Sequence record: SRR22947725_2346
Length of the DNA: 32,039 nucleotides
Strand: one strand, 5' to 3'
Below the pieces are notes generated by a model. It was not told the origin of the DNA, did no database searches, and was given only the letters and a program-made list of their open reading frames with translations. The translations under genes were made by a program, and so were the position numbers. Below, one piece after another: positions 1 through 8,978 of the stretch; position 1 is the first letter of the stretch, and each line of letters begins with the position of its first letter.

Positions 1-6
1 TTCTCC

Positions 7-34
7 TTATTAAACAAATATTCCTTTAATGCAA
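7..34 (-). promoter_or_regulatory. Copy of the putative methylamine-regulon box, upstream of tdm and pointing out of the window
   Basis: Minus strand TTGCATTAAAGGAATATTTGTTTAATAA matches 23/28 nt of the box before dmmD (10605-10632). An SD-like AAGGAGAA lies on the minus strand at 1-8. Confidence 0.5.
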
Positions 35-51
35 GTTTTGATAGGTAAAAG

Positions 52-2421
52 ATGAATTTTGAACAATATCCAGAAGTTTTAGCTGGCCCACCTAAGCCAA
101 GCTCTATTTTGCAGCCAAATATATTTTCAATGCCAGCCGGCGTGGAGCGCTTTGTTATTGAAGGTTCTGGGGCAATTCTCATACCTGTTTATTTAGGAGA
201 TAATTTCACCATTTCTAATGATGAAGGCGGTCAGGTTTGTGAAATCCTTTCTGCTGATAAAAAAGGTCATATTGACACAATGATTCTTGGTGAAACTGCA
301 AATAATGATGCACGTGGCTTAAAGCATTTGCTAGATAGTAATGATCAAAGTCTAATTGGATTAAGACTAGGTTTAAAATCAAGAGGTATTGACCTTTCAT
401 CTGCTAAAGGAATATCGGTTTTTGACAGCCTAAGTAAGCCTAAGGCTGAAGCAAAATTTAATGTAAAAAGAGATGGAATAATTGTAATTTCTGCTCCTGG
501 GCATTTTATGGATTTTGAAAAACAAAACACAACCACATCACTGACAGTTCATTTAAAAAGAAGTAGTATTAAATCAATTGAAAAATTTTCATTACCAGAT
601 CCTTTGTCTGATCCTGTACTGGATTTAAGAATAAAAAGTCAAACTGCAGATAGTTATTTTGTAAAAGCTGGTGATTATATCCAAGTAATTGATGTTGATG
701 GGCGACAGTGTACTGATTTTCAATGCTTCTCAGCAAGAAAATTAGACAAAGGTATTGAGCATGCTTTAGATGTAACTACTACTAGGTCAATACAGGGACA
801 TAGTTATCCTATGCCTGGTTTGCATGGAAAATATTATGATCAAGATTTTCTTCCATTATTAGAGGTCATTCAAGATACTTGTGGACGCCATGATGCTTTT
901 GCTTTGGCGTGTGCATCAAAATACTATGATGATATTGGTTATCCTGGACATGTAAATTGTTCAGATAATTTTAATATGTCATTAAATAAACATGGAGTAA
1001 AAGATCGTGCTGGTTGGATGGCCATCAATTTCTTTTTTAATACTGCGATTGATGATCATGGTGTTATGTATTCTGATGAACCATGGTCTCGACCAGGTGA
1101 TTACGTACTATTGAGAGCACTAACGGATTTGGTTTGTGTCTCCTCAGCTTGCCCAGATGATACTTCTCCAGCAAATGGTTGGAATCCAACTGACATACAT
1201 ATTCGAACCTACGATGGAAAAGAAAAATTTCAACGCGCAGTGGCAAATCGTGTCACGCCAAATAGTGAGCCTAAAATGACAAAACAAACTGGATTTCATG
1301 ATAGCTTTTCAAAGCATACTCGCAATTTCATAGAATATAACGGATATTGGTTAGCAAATTGTTTTGCTGCTGCTGGTCCGATTGATGAATATATGGCTTG
1401 TAGAAAAGAATGTGTAGTTTTGGATCTATCCCCACTGAGAAAATTTGAAATTATGGGCCCAGATGCTGAGGCTTTATGCCAATATATATTTACAAGGAAT
1501 ATGAAGACTTTAGGCGATGGTCATGTAGTCTATACTGCTATGTGTTACGAACATGGTGGGATGATAGACGATGGTACAGTCTTCAGATTGGGGCGTGATA
1601 ATTTCCGTTGGATAGGTGGATCTGACTATGGTGGTGAATGGATGAGAGAACAGGCTGAAAAGCTAGGATTAAATGTTTTAATTCGCTCTTCTACTGACAT
1701 GCAGCACAATATTGCAATCCAAGGACCAAATAGCAGAGATTTAATGAAAAATATAATTTGGACTGCTCCTCATCAACCACAGTTAGAAGATTTAGCATGG
1801 TTCCGGTTTACACCTGCTCGCATCGGAGATGAGCATGGTGTTCCAATTGTTGTGTCTAGAACAGGCTATACTGGTGAATTAGGTTATGAAATTTTTTGTC
1901 ACCCAAAACATTGTGAACAAGTATTTGATGCGGTTTGGAATGAAGGAAAGAAATTTGGAATAAAGCCAATGGGCTTAGAAGCATTAGATATGGTTAGAAT
2001 TGAGGCTGGTTTAATCTTTGCTGATTATGACTTTTCTGATCAAACTGATCCATTTGAGGCCGGAATAGGTTTTACAGTTCCTTTAAAATCTAAAACTGAT
2101 GATTTTATTGGGAGGGATGCATTAATCCGCCGTAAAGAGACACCATCGCGTAAATTAGTTGGTCTTGATATAGATGCAGCTGTATGTGTTGATCACGGAG
2201 ATGCTCTATATATAGGACGCGCTCAGATAGGTGAAATTACGTCATCTATGAGGTCTCCATTGCTAAAAAAGAATATTGCTTTAGCAAGAGTTGATGTTAC
2301 ACATACTGAAATTGGTACAGAATTAGAAATTGGCAAATTGGATGGGCATCAAAAAAGGTTGTCTGCAAAGATTGTACCTTTTGCTCATTATGATCCAAAG
2401 AAAGAACGGCCGCGTTCATGA
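52..2421 (+). CDS. tdm: Trimethylamine N-oxide demethylase (DUF1989 domain plus GCV_T aminomethyltransferase domain)
   Basis: 789 aa. The DUF1989-type region has candidate metal ligands (QCTDF, CGRHDAFALAC, GHVNC, SACPDD). The C-terminal half is GcvT-like (DLSPLRKFE, IDDGTVFR, SRTGYTGELGYEI, RIEAG). It is clustered with tmm, dmm and tmo. Confidence 0.92.
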   Translation: MNFEQYPEVLAGPPKPSSILQPNIFSMPAGVERFVIEGSGAILIPVYLGDNFTISNDEGGQVCEILSADKKGHIDTMILGETANNDARGLKHLLDSNDQSLIGLRLGLKSRGIDLSSAKGISVFDSLSKPKAEAKFNVKRDGIIVISAPGHFMDFEKQNTTTSLTVHLKRSSIKSIEKFSLPDPLSDPVLDLRIKSQTADSYFVKAGDYIQVIDVDGRQCTDFQCFSARKLDKGIEHALDVTTTRSIQGHSYPMPGLHGKYYDQDFLPLLEVIQDTCGRHDAFALACASKYYDDIGYPGHVNCSDNFNMSLNKHGVKDRAGWMAINFFFNTAIDDHGVMYSDEPWSRPGDYVLLRALTDLVCVSSACPDDTSPANGWNPTDIHIRTYDGKEKFQRAVANRVTPNSEPKMTKQTGFHDSFSKHTRNFIEYNGYWLANCFAAAGPIDEYMACRKECVVLDLSPLRKFEIMGPDAEALCQYIFTRNMKTLGDGHVVYTAMCYEHGGMIDDGTVFRLGRDNFRWIGGSDYGGEWMREQAEKLGLNVLIRSSTDMQHNIAIQGPNSRDLMKNIIWTAPHQPQLEDLAWFRFTPARIGDEHGVPIVVSRTGYTGELGYEIFCHPKHCEQVFDAVWNEGKKFGIKPMGLEALDMVRIEAGLIFADYDFSDQTDPFEAGIGFTVPLKSKTDDFIGRDALIRRKETPSRKLVGLDIDAAVCVDHGDALYIGRAQIGEITSSMRSPLLKKNIALARVDVTHTEIGTELEIGKLDGHQKRLSAKIVPFAHYDPKKERPRS

Positions 2422-2458
2422 AGATAATAAAACGTTTGTTAATTAAAAGTTTTTTTTG

Positions 2459-2851
2459 ATGTTGCTTAGGAAAACTATATTGGTTGGATTGGCGCTTTGT
2501 ATAGCATGCCCTGGTCATGCCCAATCTGTTAAACTCACATCAAATCAAATATTGGAATTATTGTCTGGTAAAACTGTTGTAGGGTCGTGGAGTGGAAAAG
2601 ATTATAGACAATATTTTGATGAGGATGGATCCACTACTTTTTTGGGTAAAGATAACAATAAAATAATTGGAAAATGGAAAGTTGACCAAAATACGGATGA
2701 ATTGAAAAGTGTGCTGTATGAAGATCAAGAATGGGAAGCTTGGTATGTAATGGAATACACTAAAGATTATTATTGGGTAAGCAAAACCACGCCTCCTACA
2801 CAATTTGAAATTGAAAACGGCAAAAAACTAATTTGGGAAAAAGATAAATAA
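2459..2851 (+). CDS. Small secreted/periplasmic protein of unknown function (beta-rich, DUF995-like)
   Basis: Signal peptide (RK, hydrophobic stretch, GHA/Q cleavage) followed by LTSNQILELLSGKTVVG...YFDEDGST. ATG 2459 is preferred over TTG 2456. Confidence 0.7.
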   Translation: MLLRKTILVGLALCIACPGHAQSVKLTSNQILELLSGKTVVGSWSGKDYRQYFDEDGSTTFLGKDNNKIIGKWKVDQNTDELKSVLYEDQEWEAWYVMEYTKDYYWVSKTTPPTQFEIENGKKLIWEKDK

Positions 2852-2854
2852 CTC

Positions 2855-2888
2855 TTAGAAAGGCCATTAATTTAAATAGCCGTTCTAA
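2855..2888. terminator. Imperfect hairpin between convergent genes, probable bidirectional terminator
   Basis: TTAGAA-A-GGC-C-ATT...AAT-A-GCC-G-TTCTAA followed by TTTTT on the + strand. Confidence 0.4.
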
Positions 2889-2900
2889 TTTTTAACTTAA

Positions 2901-4235
2901 TTAGTTTTGAAGATATACTTCTAGGCTGTCATCTAAAGCATCTTTCCATGGTGTATGATGTATAGGTGCCATTGTGCCAGTTATAACTGATTTGTAGCTG
3001 TTATCTCGGAATGTCATTATATTTATTTTTTTATGACCTTTCCAAGCTTTGAATGCTTGGCATGCGCCTTCTACATCAAAGTTAGGGTAATCAGTTTCTT
3101 CGATTAATTCTTTGATATAATTTCCTTGATACCAAATTGCATCATAATCATCTTCACCAGAATCTTCCGCATTCTCGCGTGCAATTACATCAGCAACCAT
3201 TTCAGTTTTTTCTGGGCATGATATTTTGCCCATTATAACATCTCTTGCCCACCACGCTTGAGCATCAAACATGTTAAAAGTAAACCATTGATCTTGCATG
3301 CCTATGTACATCAACGCTGGATTATGAACGTATGCAACACCCTTATAAAGATCAGCCGTGGCCAATCTATTAGCTGTTTTTAATCTTAAGTTATCATTCA
3401 AATACGGGAAATGATGCTTATATCCTGTGCAAAGAATTATTGCATCAATTTCTTTTGAGGTGCCGTCTTTGAAGTGTGCAGTATTGCCATCCATTTTAGT
3501 CAACAGAGGAACTTCTTCCCAATTGTCTGGCCAGATGTGTCCCATAGCTGCAGTGCGGTGACTGACCGTGATAGTTTTAGCACCATATTTCCAACATTGT
3601 GAGCCAATATCTTCTGCAGAGTAGCTGGTGCCAATAATCAAAATATTCTGGTCTTTAAATTCTAAAGCGTCTCTAAAATCATGCGCATGTAATATACGCC
3701 CTGGAAAACTTTCAAAACCATCAAACTCTGGAACATTAGGGGTGCTAAAGTGTCCTGATGCTATTATTACATTGTCAAATTCTTCAGTATAAACTCTGTC
3801 ATTTGGAAGGTCGTGAACTTTAATAAAAAATTTACCATTTTCAAAGTTTACATCTCTGACTGCAGTATTAAATCTTATCCAATCTCGGACACCCGCTTTG
3901 TTAACGCGACCTTGGATGTAATCAAATAAAACTGCTCTTGGTGGATAGGAAGCTATTTGCTTTCCAAAATGCTCTTCGAATGAATAATCAGCAAATTCTA
4001 AACCTTCTTTTGGTCCATTGGACCACAAGTATCTATACATAGAACCATGAACGGGCTCACCGTACTCATCTAGACCTGTACGCCATGAATAATTCCATAA
4101 ACCACCCCAGTTAGATTGTTTCTCAAAGCATACTATTTCTGGAATTTCTTCACCATTTGCTTTTGCAGATTGGAATGCTCGAAGTTGAGCTAAGCCAGAT
4201 GGTCCTGCGCCAATAATAGCAACTTTTTTTGACAT
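2901..4235 (-). CDS. tmm: Trimethylamine monooxygenase (bacterial flavin-containing monooxygenase)
   Basis: GAGPSG FAD motif, [14 protein letters not shown] fingerprint, GTSYS NADPH motif, WSNGPKE. Start moved to ATG 4235, which follows the SD GGAG at 4242-4245. Confidence 0.95.
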   Translation of the reverse strand: MSKKVAIIGAGPSGLAQLRAFQSAKANGEEIPEIVCFEKQSNWGGLWNYSWRTGLDEYGEPVHGSMYRYLWSNGPKEGLEFADYSFEEHFGKQIASYPPRAVLFDYIQGRVNKAGVRDWIRFNTAVRDVNFENGKFFIKVHDLPNDRVYTEEFDNVIIASGHFSTPNVPEFDGFESFPGRILHAHDFRDALEFKDQNILIIGTSYSAEDIGSQCWKYGAKTITVSHRTAAMGHIWPDNWEEVPLLTKMDGNTAHFKDGTSKEIDAIILCTGYKHHFPYLNDNLRLKTANRLATADLYKGVAYVHNPALMYIGMQDQWFTFNMFDAQAWWARDVIMGKISCPEKTEMVADVIARENAEDSGEDDYDAIWYQGNYIKELIEETDYPNFDVEGACQAFKAWKGHKKINIMTFRDNSYKSVITGTMAPIHHTPWKDALDDSLEVYLQN

Positions 4236-4278
4236 TTTGTTCTCCACCGATAATTGTATTTTTAATTATTCTATATAA

Positions 4279-4340
4279 ATAATGATGAATGATAGAAGGA
4301 ATAGCAAGAATTCATATTAAAAAATATTTCTTTAATCTAA
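4279..4340 (-). promoter_or_regulatory. Putative tmm promoter with upstream regulon box
   Basis: Minus strand: box TTAGATTAAAGAAA (4340-4327), 19 nt, TTGCTA (4307-4302), 17 nt, CATTAT (4284-4279). Confidence 0.45.
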
Positions 4341-4373
4341 AAAAGATTATTCTTGGCTATTACATACTCAAAA

Positions 4374-4419
4374 AAATAAAAAAGCCTTAATAACTTGTGT
4401 CATTAAGGCTTTTTTATTT
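4374..4419 (-). terminator. Intrinsic terminator after gmaS
   Basis: Perfect 18-bp inverted repeat AAATAAAAAAGCCTTAAT / ATTAAGGCTTTTTTATTT with U-tracts on both strands, 11 nt after the gmaS stop. Confidence 0.8.
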
Positions 4420-4430
4420 AGTTCTTACTT

Positions 4431-5759
4431 TTAGATATCTAAAGTGTTTGCTTTTTCCCAAGATGAAAAATGATTACAAAAATCATTCCATTCTTGATGC
4501 TTCATTTTTAAGTAAGCAGAAGAAAATTCTTCGCCCATAGACGCTTTCAGCTCAATATCATCATCATAAGCACGAAGTGCATCGAGCATATTTAGAGGAA
4601 GTTTTGGTGCGTCAGTGATTTTATATCCCTCAGCGTACATATCAATATCATGGCGCTTTCCTGGATCAGCTTTTGAACGAACCCCAGATAATCCAGCAGC
4701 AATAATTATTGCTTGTAATAAGTAAGGGTTAACTGCGCCGTCTGGTAGGCGAAGTTCAAAACGACCTGGGCCAGGCACTCGAACCATATGTGTTCTATTA
4801 TTTCCTGTCCAAGTTACTGTGTTTGGAGCCCATGTTGCGCCTGACATCGTTCTTGGAGCATTAATGCGCTTATAGCTATTAACAGTTGGGTTCGTAATCG
4901 CGGCTAATGCTGAAGCATGCTTCATTATTCCGCCTAGGAAATGTTTACCACGTTCTGAGAGACCCACTTCACCTGTCTGGCCCTCACCTTTTCCTGCAAA
5001 AACATTTACTTTTGATTCTGAACCAGGTGCATCCCACACTGAGATATGCGCATGACATCCATTTCCTGTTAAGCCTTCAATAGGTTTAGGCATGAATGTA
5101 ACTCTATAGCCATGTTTTTCAGCAACGCATTTAGCCATAAATTTAAAGAAGCTGTGCTTATCAGCAGTTTTTAAGGCATCGTCGTAGTCCCAGTTCATTT
5201 CCCATTGACCATTTGCGTCTTCATGGTCGTTTTGGTATGCGCCCCAGCCCATTTCCAACATATAGTCAGAGATTTCGCGAATTACATCTAATCTGCGCAT
5301 AAATGCTTGCTGGTCATAACAAGGTTTAGCTGCAGTATCGTATACATCTGATATTTGCTCTCCATTTGGAGTTAGCAGAAAAAATTCTGCCTCAATACCA
5401 GTTTTAACATGCATACCTTCATCAGCTGCTTCTGAAATTAACCTTCTTAGAACATTGCGTGGTGCTTGAGCAACATCCTGTCCTTCCATAACACAATTAC
5501 CTGGAACCCAAGCAATTGTTTTGTCCCAAGGTAATATGATTGCTGCCTCTGGATCAGGAACTGCAAGCATGTCAGGGTGTGCTGGTGTTAAATCTAACCA
5601 TGTTGCAAAACCGGCAAATCCAGCCCCATCTTCTTGCATATCAGCGATTGCCCGTGCGGGTACTAATTTTGCACGTTGACCGCCGAAAAGGTCAGTGAAC
5701 GAAATCATAAAATATTCGAGGCCATTATCTTTGGCGAATTTGGTAAGATCTGTTGTCAT
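4431..5759 (-). CDS. gmaS: Gamma-glutamylmethylamide synthetase (GlnT-like glutamine synthetase family)
   Basis: GS-family motifs GAGFAGFA, GIEAEFF, HEDANGQWEMN, FMPKP, GNGCHAH, NSYKR, ELRLPD. Directly downstream of mgsABC. Confidence 0.92.
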   Translation of the reverse strand: MTTDLTKFAKDNGLEYFMISFTDLFGGQRAKLVPARAIADMQEDGAGFAGFATWLDLTPAHPDMLAVPDPEAAIILPWDKTIAWVPGNCVMEGQDVAQAPRNVLRRLISEAADEGMHVKTGIEAEFFLLTPNGEQISDVYDTAAKPCYDQQAFMRRLDVIREISDYMLEMGWGAYQNDHEDANGQWEMNWDYDDALKTADKHSFFKFMAKCVAEKHGYRVTFMPKPIEGLTGNGCHAHISVWDAPGSESKVNVFAGKGEGQTGEVGLSERGKHFLGGIMKHASALAAITNPTVNSYKRINAPRTMSGATWAPNTVTWTGNNRTHMVRVPGPGRFELRLPDGAVNPYLLQAIIIAAGLSGVRSKADPGKRHDIDMYAEGYKITDAPKLPLNMLDALRAYDDDIELKASMGEEFSSAYLKMKHQEWNDFCNHFSSWEKANTLDI

Positions 5760-5788
5760 CGTTTATCTCTATTCTGTTATCGTTTAAT

Positions 5789-5820
5789 AAAAAAACATGA
5801 CCATAAAATGATCATGTTTT
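5789..5820 (-). terminator. Hairpin plus U-tract between mgsC and gmaS
   Basis: Minus strand AAAACATGATCAT-TTT-ATGGTCATGTTTTTTT. Confidence 0.55.
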
Positions 5821-5825
5821 AAAGT

Positions 5826-7172
5826 TTAAAAATTACTGCCTGATTTTCCTGGCCACCAGTTTGTGCCAGATAACGGAACTTGAGCCATTGCAGCTGCTTC
5901 CATAGTTAATGCAACCAAATCTTCTGGCTCCAAGTTATGCATATGATTTTTGCCACATGCGCGGGCAATTGTTTGAGCCTCTAATGTCATTACTTTAAGA
6001 TAATTACGTAAACGTCGGCCACCTTCAATTGGATCAAAACGTTTCATTAATTCTGGATCTTGAGTTGTGATACCAGCTGGATCTTTTCCTTCATGCCAGT
6101 CATCATATGCTCCAGCAGTGGAACCTAGTTTGTTATATTCAGATTCCCATTTTGGATCATTGTCGCCCAAAGCAATAAGAGCGGCTGACCCTATTGCAAC
6201 AGCATCAGCGCCTAAAGCCATTGCTTTTGCTACGTCTGCACCAGAGCGTATGCCACCTGATAAAATCAACTGAACTTTTCTATGCATGCCTAAATCTTGT
6301 AATGCTTGAACAGCAGGTCTGATAATAGCTAAAGTTGGTTGGCCAACGTGCTCAATGAAAACATCTTGTGTGGCAGCTGTTCCACCTTGCATTCCATCTA
6401 AAACTACTGCGTCAGCCCCTGCTTTTACAGCTAAAGTGACATCATAATATGGCCTTGCTCCGGCAACTTTTACATAAATTGGAACCTTCCAACCAGTAAT
6501 TTCGCGAAGTTCTAGGATTTTTATTTCTAAATCATCTGGCCCTGTCCAATCAGGATGTCGACAAGCAGAACGTTGGTCGATACCTTTTGGAAGATTTCTC
6601 ATTTCAGCAACACGGTCAGAAATTTTTTGCCCTAGTAGCATTCCGCCGCCACCAGGTTTAGCTCCTTGGCCTACAACAATTTCTATTGCATCTGCTTTTC
6701 TTAAATCGTCTGGATTCATCCCATATCTTGATGGTAGGTACTGATAAACCAATTTTGATGAATGGCCTCTTTCTTCTGGGGTCATGCCACCATCACCTGT
6801 TGTGGTAGATGTTCCAGCAGCCGATGCGCCTCGGCCCAAAGCTTCTTTAGCAGGCCCAGACAGTGCTCCAAAAGACATTCCGGCTATTGTAATAGGGATA
6901 TCTAGCTCTATTGGGTTTGATGCGTGCAAGCCACCAATAGTAACTGATGTTTCGCATTTTTCCCTATATCCCTCTAATGGATATCTAGAGATTGACGCTC
7001 CCATGAACAATAAGTCATCAAAGTTTGGAACTTTTCGTTTTGCACCACCACCACGGATATCATATATCCCTGTAGCAGCTGCTCTTCTTATATCACTATT
7101 TATGTCGCTTGTAAAAGTTGCTGACTGGCGTGGAGTAGTGAATGGGATGCCATTTTCATCATGTGAACTCAT
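5826..7172 (-). CDS. mgsC: N-methylglutamate synthase, FMN-binding subunit (GlxD-like)
   Basis: Glutamate-synthase FMN domain motifs AGMSFGALS, TGDGG, GQGAKPGGGG, GGTAA, SGGIRSGADVAKA. Confidence 0.92.
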   Translation of the reverse strand: MSSHDENGIPFTTPRQSATFTSDINSDIRRAAATGIYDIRGGGAKRKVPNFDDLLFMGASISRYPLEGYREKCETSVTIGGLHASNPIELDIPITIAGMSFGALSGPAKEALGRGASAAGTSTTTGDGGMTPEERGHSSKLVYQYLPSRYGMNPDDLRKADAIEIVVGQGAKPGGGGMLLGQKISDRVAEMRNLPKGIDQRSACRHPDWTGPDDLEIKILELREITGWKVPIYVKVAGARPYYDVTLAVKAGADAVVLDGMQGGTAATQDVFIEHVGQPTLAIIRPAVQALQDLGMHRKVQLILSGGIRSGADVAKAMALGADAVAIGSAALIALGDNDPKWESEYNKLGSTAGAYDDWHEGKDPAGITTQDPELMKRFDPIEGGRRLRNYLKVMTLEAQTIARACGKNHMHNLEPEDLVALTMEAAAMAQVPLSGTNWWPGKSGSNF

Positions 7173-7183
7173 TTTAAAATTCC

Positions 7184-7867
7184 TTAATAAGCTGCCGCAT
7201 TATCGACATCAAAGTTATATAAATTGCGTGCTGATCCGTATCTTTTAAATTCTTCTGGTTTGGCATCACTGTCAGCTTCTGCCAATAATTCTTTTAAAAT
7301 TTTGATATGTTCTGGGCGCATTTCTTTTTCTTCACAATCAGCGCCTAGGCTTTTCACTGAACCACGAACAAATAATCTTGCTTCGTAACAACTGTCACCC
7401 AATGCATCACCTGCGTCGCCGCAAACTACCAAATTACCTGATTGCGCCATAAATGCTGACATATGACCTATGTTGCCATGAACAACGATATTAATGCCCT
7501 TCATGGATATTCCACAGCGAGAAGATGCATTGCCTTTGATTACTAGTAATCCACCATGGCCGGTTGCTCCTGCATATTGGCTTGCGTCGCCATCTATTAC
7601 AATTTTTCCTGACATCATATTTTCTGCAGTACCTGGCCCAGCTGAACCAGAAACATTTATTGTGGCTTGCTTATTCATTCCACCACAATAATAACCTGTT
7701 GAACCTTTTATGTTCACTTCTATTGGTGCGTCTAATCCTACGGCAATAGCGTGAGACCCTTTAGGATTTGTTATTTCCCAAGATGTTTGATTTGTCTCAT
7801 CTACCTGCGCATGCAGGGTAGAGTTCAGTTCGCGCAATCCTTGCGCCTCTAGATCGAATGTTTGCAT
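7184..7867 (-). CDS. mgsB: N-methylglutamate synthase, GXGXG beta-helix subunit (GlxC-like)
   Basis: Repeated GxxG..G units (GSTGYYCG, GSAGPGTA, GDAGDALG). ATG 7867 overlaps the mgsA stop (TAATG). Confidence 0.9.
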   Translation of the reverse strand: MQTFDLEAQGLRELNSTLHAQVDETNQTSWEITNPKGSHAIAVGLDAPIEVNIKGSTGYYCGGMNKQATINVSGSAGPGTAENMMSGKIVIDGDASQYAGATGHGGLLVIKGNASSRCGISMKGINIVVHGNIGHMSAFMAQSGNLVVCGDAGDALGDSCYEARLFVRGSVKSLGADCEEKEMRPEHIKILKELLAEADSDAKPEEFKRYGSARNLYNFDVDNAAAY

Positions 7868-8763
7868 TAGTGTGTCCAAAAATAAACGGTTGCGGGTTCA
7901 GGCTCCCAAACGCGAGCCTCTTCAATGCCTGGCAGATTTACCAGTGCACGATATTCAGAGCCGAATGCTACATATTGATCTGTTTCGGCCATAACAGCTG
8001 GTTTGCAAGCGATTGGATCACGAACAACACCAAAACCATCTTTAGTTCCAACTAAAAATGTAAAGAATCCATCTAAATCCTCCAAGCTGCTTTCAAGTGC
8101 TTCACCTAAAGAACTACCTTGTTGCATTTTATAAGTTAAATATGCAGCACCAACTTCTGTATCATTTTCGGTTTCTATGTGAACACCCTCGCGACGCAAT
8201 TTTCTTCGAAGAGAATTATGATTCGAAAGTGATCCATTATGAACTAAGCATTGATCATTTCCTGTTGAGAATGGATGTGCACCCATCGTTGTTACTGCTG
8301 ATTCGGTTGCCATGCGTGTATGTCCAATTCCGTGTGTTCCTGACATTGAAGAGACATCAAATCTTGCTGCTACATCTTTTGGTAAACCAACTTCTTTGTA
8401 AATTTCTATTGTATCGCCTGCACTCATTATTCTTAATGATGGGCGGATTTGGTTAAGAGCTTTTCGAACGGCTGATATAGATGCAGTTTCCATTTCTAAA
8501 ACAGCATGTGTACTCTTAGTTCTTATTAAAACTTTAATACCTGTTAACGTATTGATTTCTTTTTCTAAACCTTTAAAATCTTCGCTTGGATTGTCTGATT
8601 GTACTGTAATTTTTCCAGTATTATTTTCATCGTTTCCATATATTGCAATTCCTGCACTATCTGGACCACGATCAGTCATTGTTACCAGCATTTCGCTTAA
8701 CATCATGCCTAGTTTTGGCTCTAATTTTTTATCTTTTAGGAATAATCCAACTATACCGCACAT
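7867..8763 (-). CDS. mgsA: N-methylglutamate synthase, class II (Ntn) amidotransferase-like subunit (GlxB-like)
   Basis: MCGIVG N-terminal Cys, RGPDSAG, GHTRMAT, AHPF, HNG, NDTE. Confidence 0.92.
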   Translation of the reverse strand: MCGIVGLFLKDKKLEPKLGMMLSEMLVTMTDRGPDSAGIAIYGNDENNTGKITVQSDNPSEDFKGLEKEINTLTGIKVLIRTKSTHAVLEMETASISAVRKALNQIRPSLRIMSAGDTIEIYKEVGLPKDVAARFDVSSMSGTHGIGHTRMATESAVTTMGAHPFSTGNDQCLVHNGSLSNHNSLRRKLRREGVHIETENDTEVGAAYLTYKMQQGSSLGEALESSLEDLDGFFTFLVGTKDGFGVVRDPIACKPAVMAETDQYVAFGSEYRALVNLPGIEEARVWEPEPATVYFWTH

Positions 8764-8793
8764 TTGCTGTGATCCTCTATTAATCTGAATCAG

Positions 8794-8854
8794 TGTGTAG
8801 CCTATATTTTTCCACTAAACAATACGCTATGAAACTTTTTTTCATGAGAGGCAA
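8794..8854 (-). promoter_or_regulatory. Putative mgsA promoter with upstream regulon box
   Basis: Minus strand: box TTGCCTCTCATGAA (8854-8841), 18 nt, TTGTTT (8822-8817), 17 nt, TACACA (8799-8794). Includes the inverted repeat ATGAAA-N5-TTTCAT (8829-8845). Confidence 0.45.
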
Positions 8855-8978
8855 AAAAAAGTAGTAAAAATCGCCATATAGTGTATGTATTGCGTCAGCA
8901 GACATATTTATGGGCTTTACTATCATGTCCAATGGATGCGTATATATAGTGTTTTAAAACTTAAAGGGAGGAAATAAA

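Noticed and set aside
4431-8763. Ordinary glutamine synthetase plus glutamate synthase (glnA, gltB)
   Set aside because: The split three-subunit architecture, GlnT-type motifs and context indicate gmaS and mgsABC.
8870-8960. Possible structured RNA or riboswitch in the amt leader (GACAT/ATGTC inner stem, G-U-rich outer stem)
   Set aside because: Pairing is weak and wobble-dominated, matches no riboswitch I recognise, and the start site is unknown; it would need covariation analysis.
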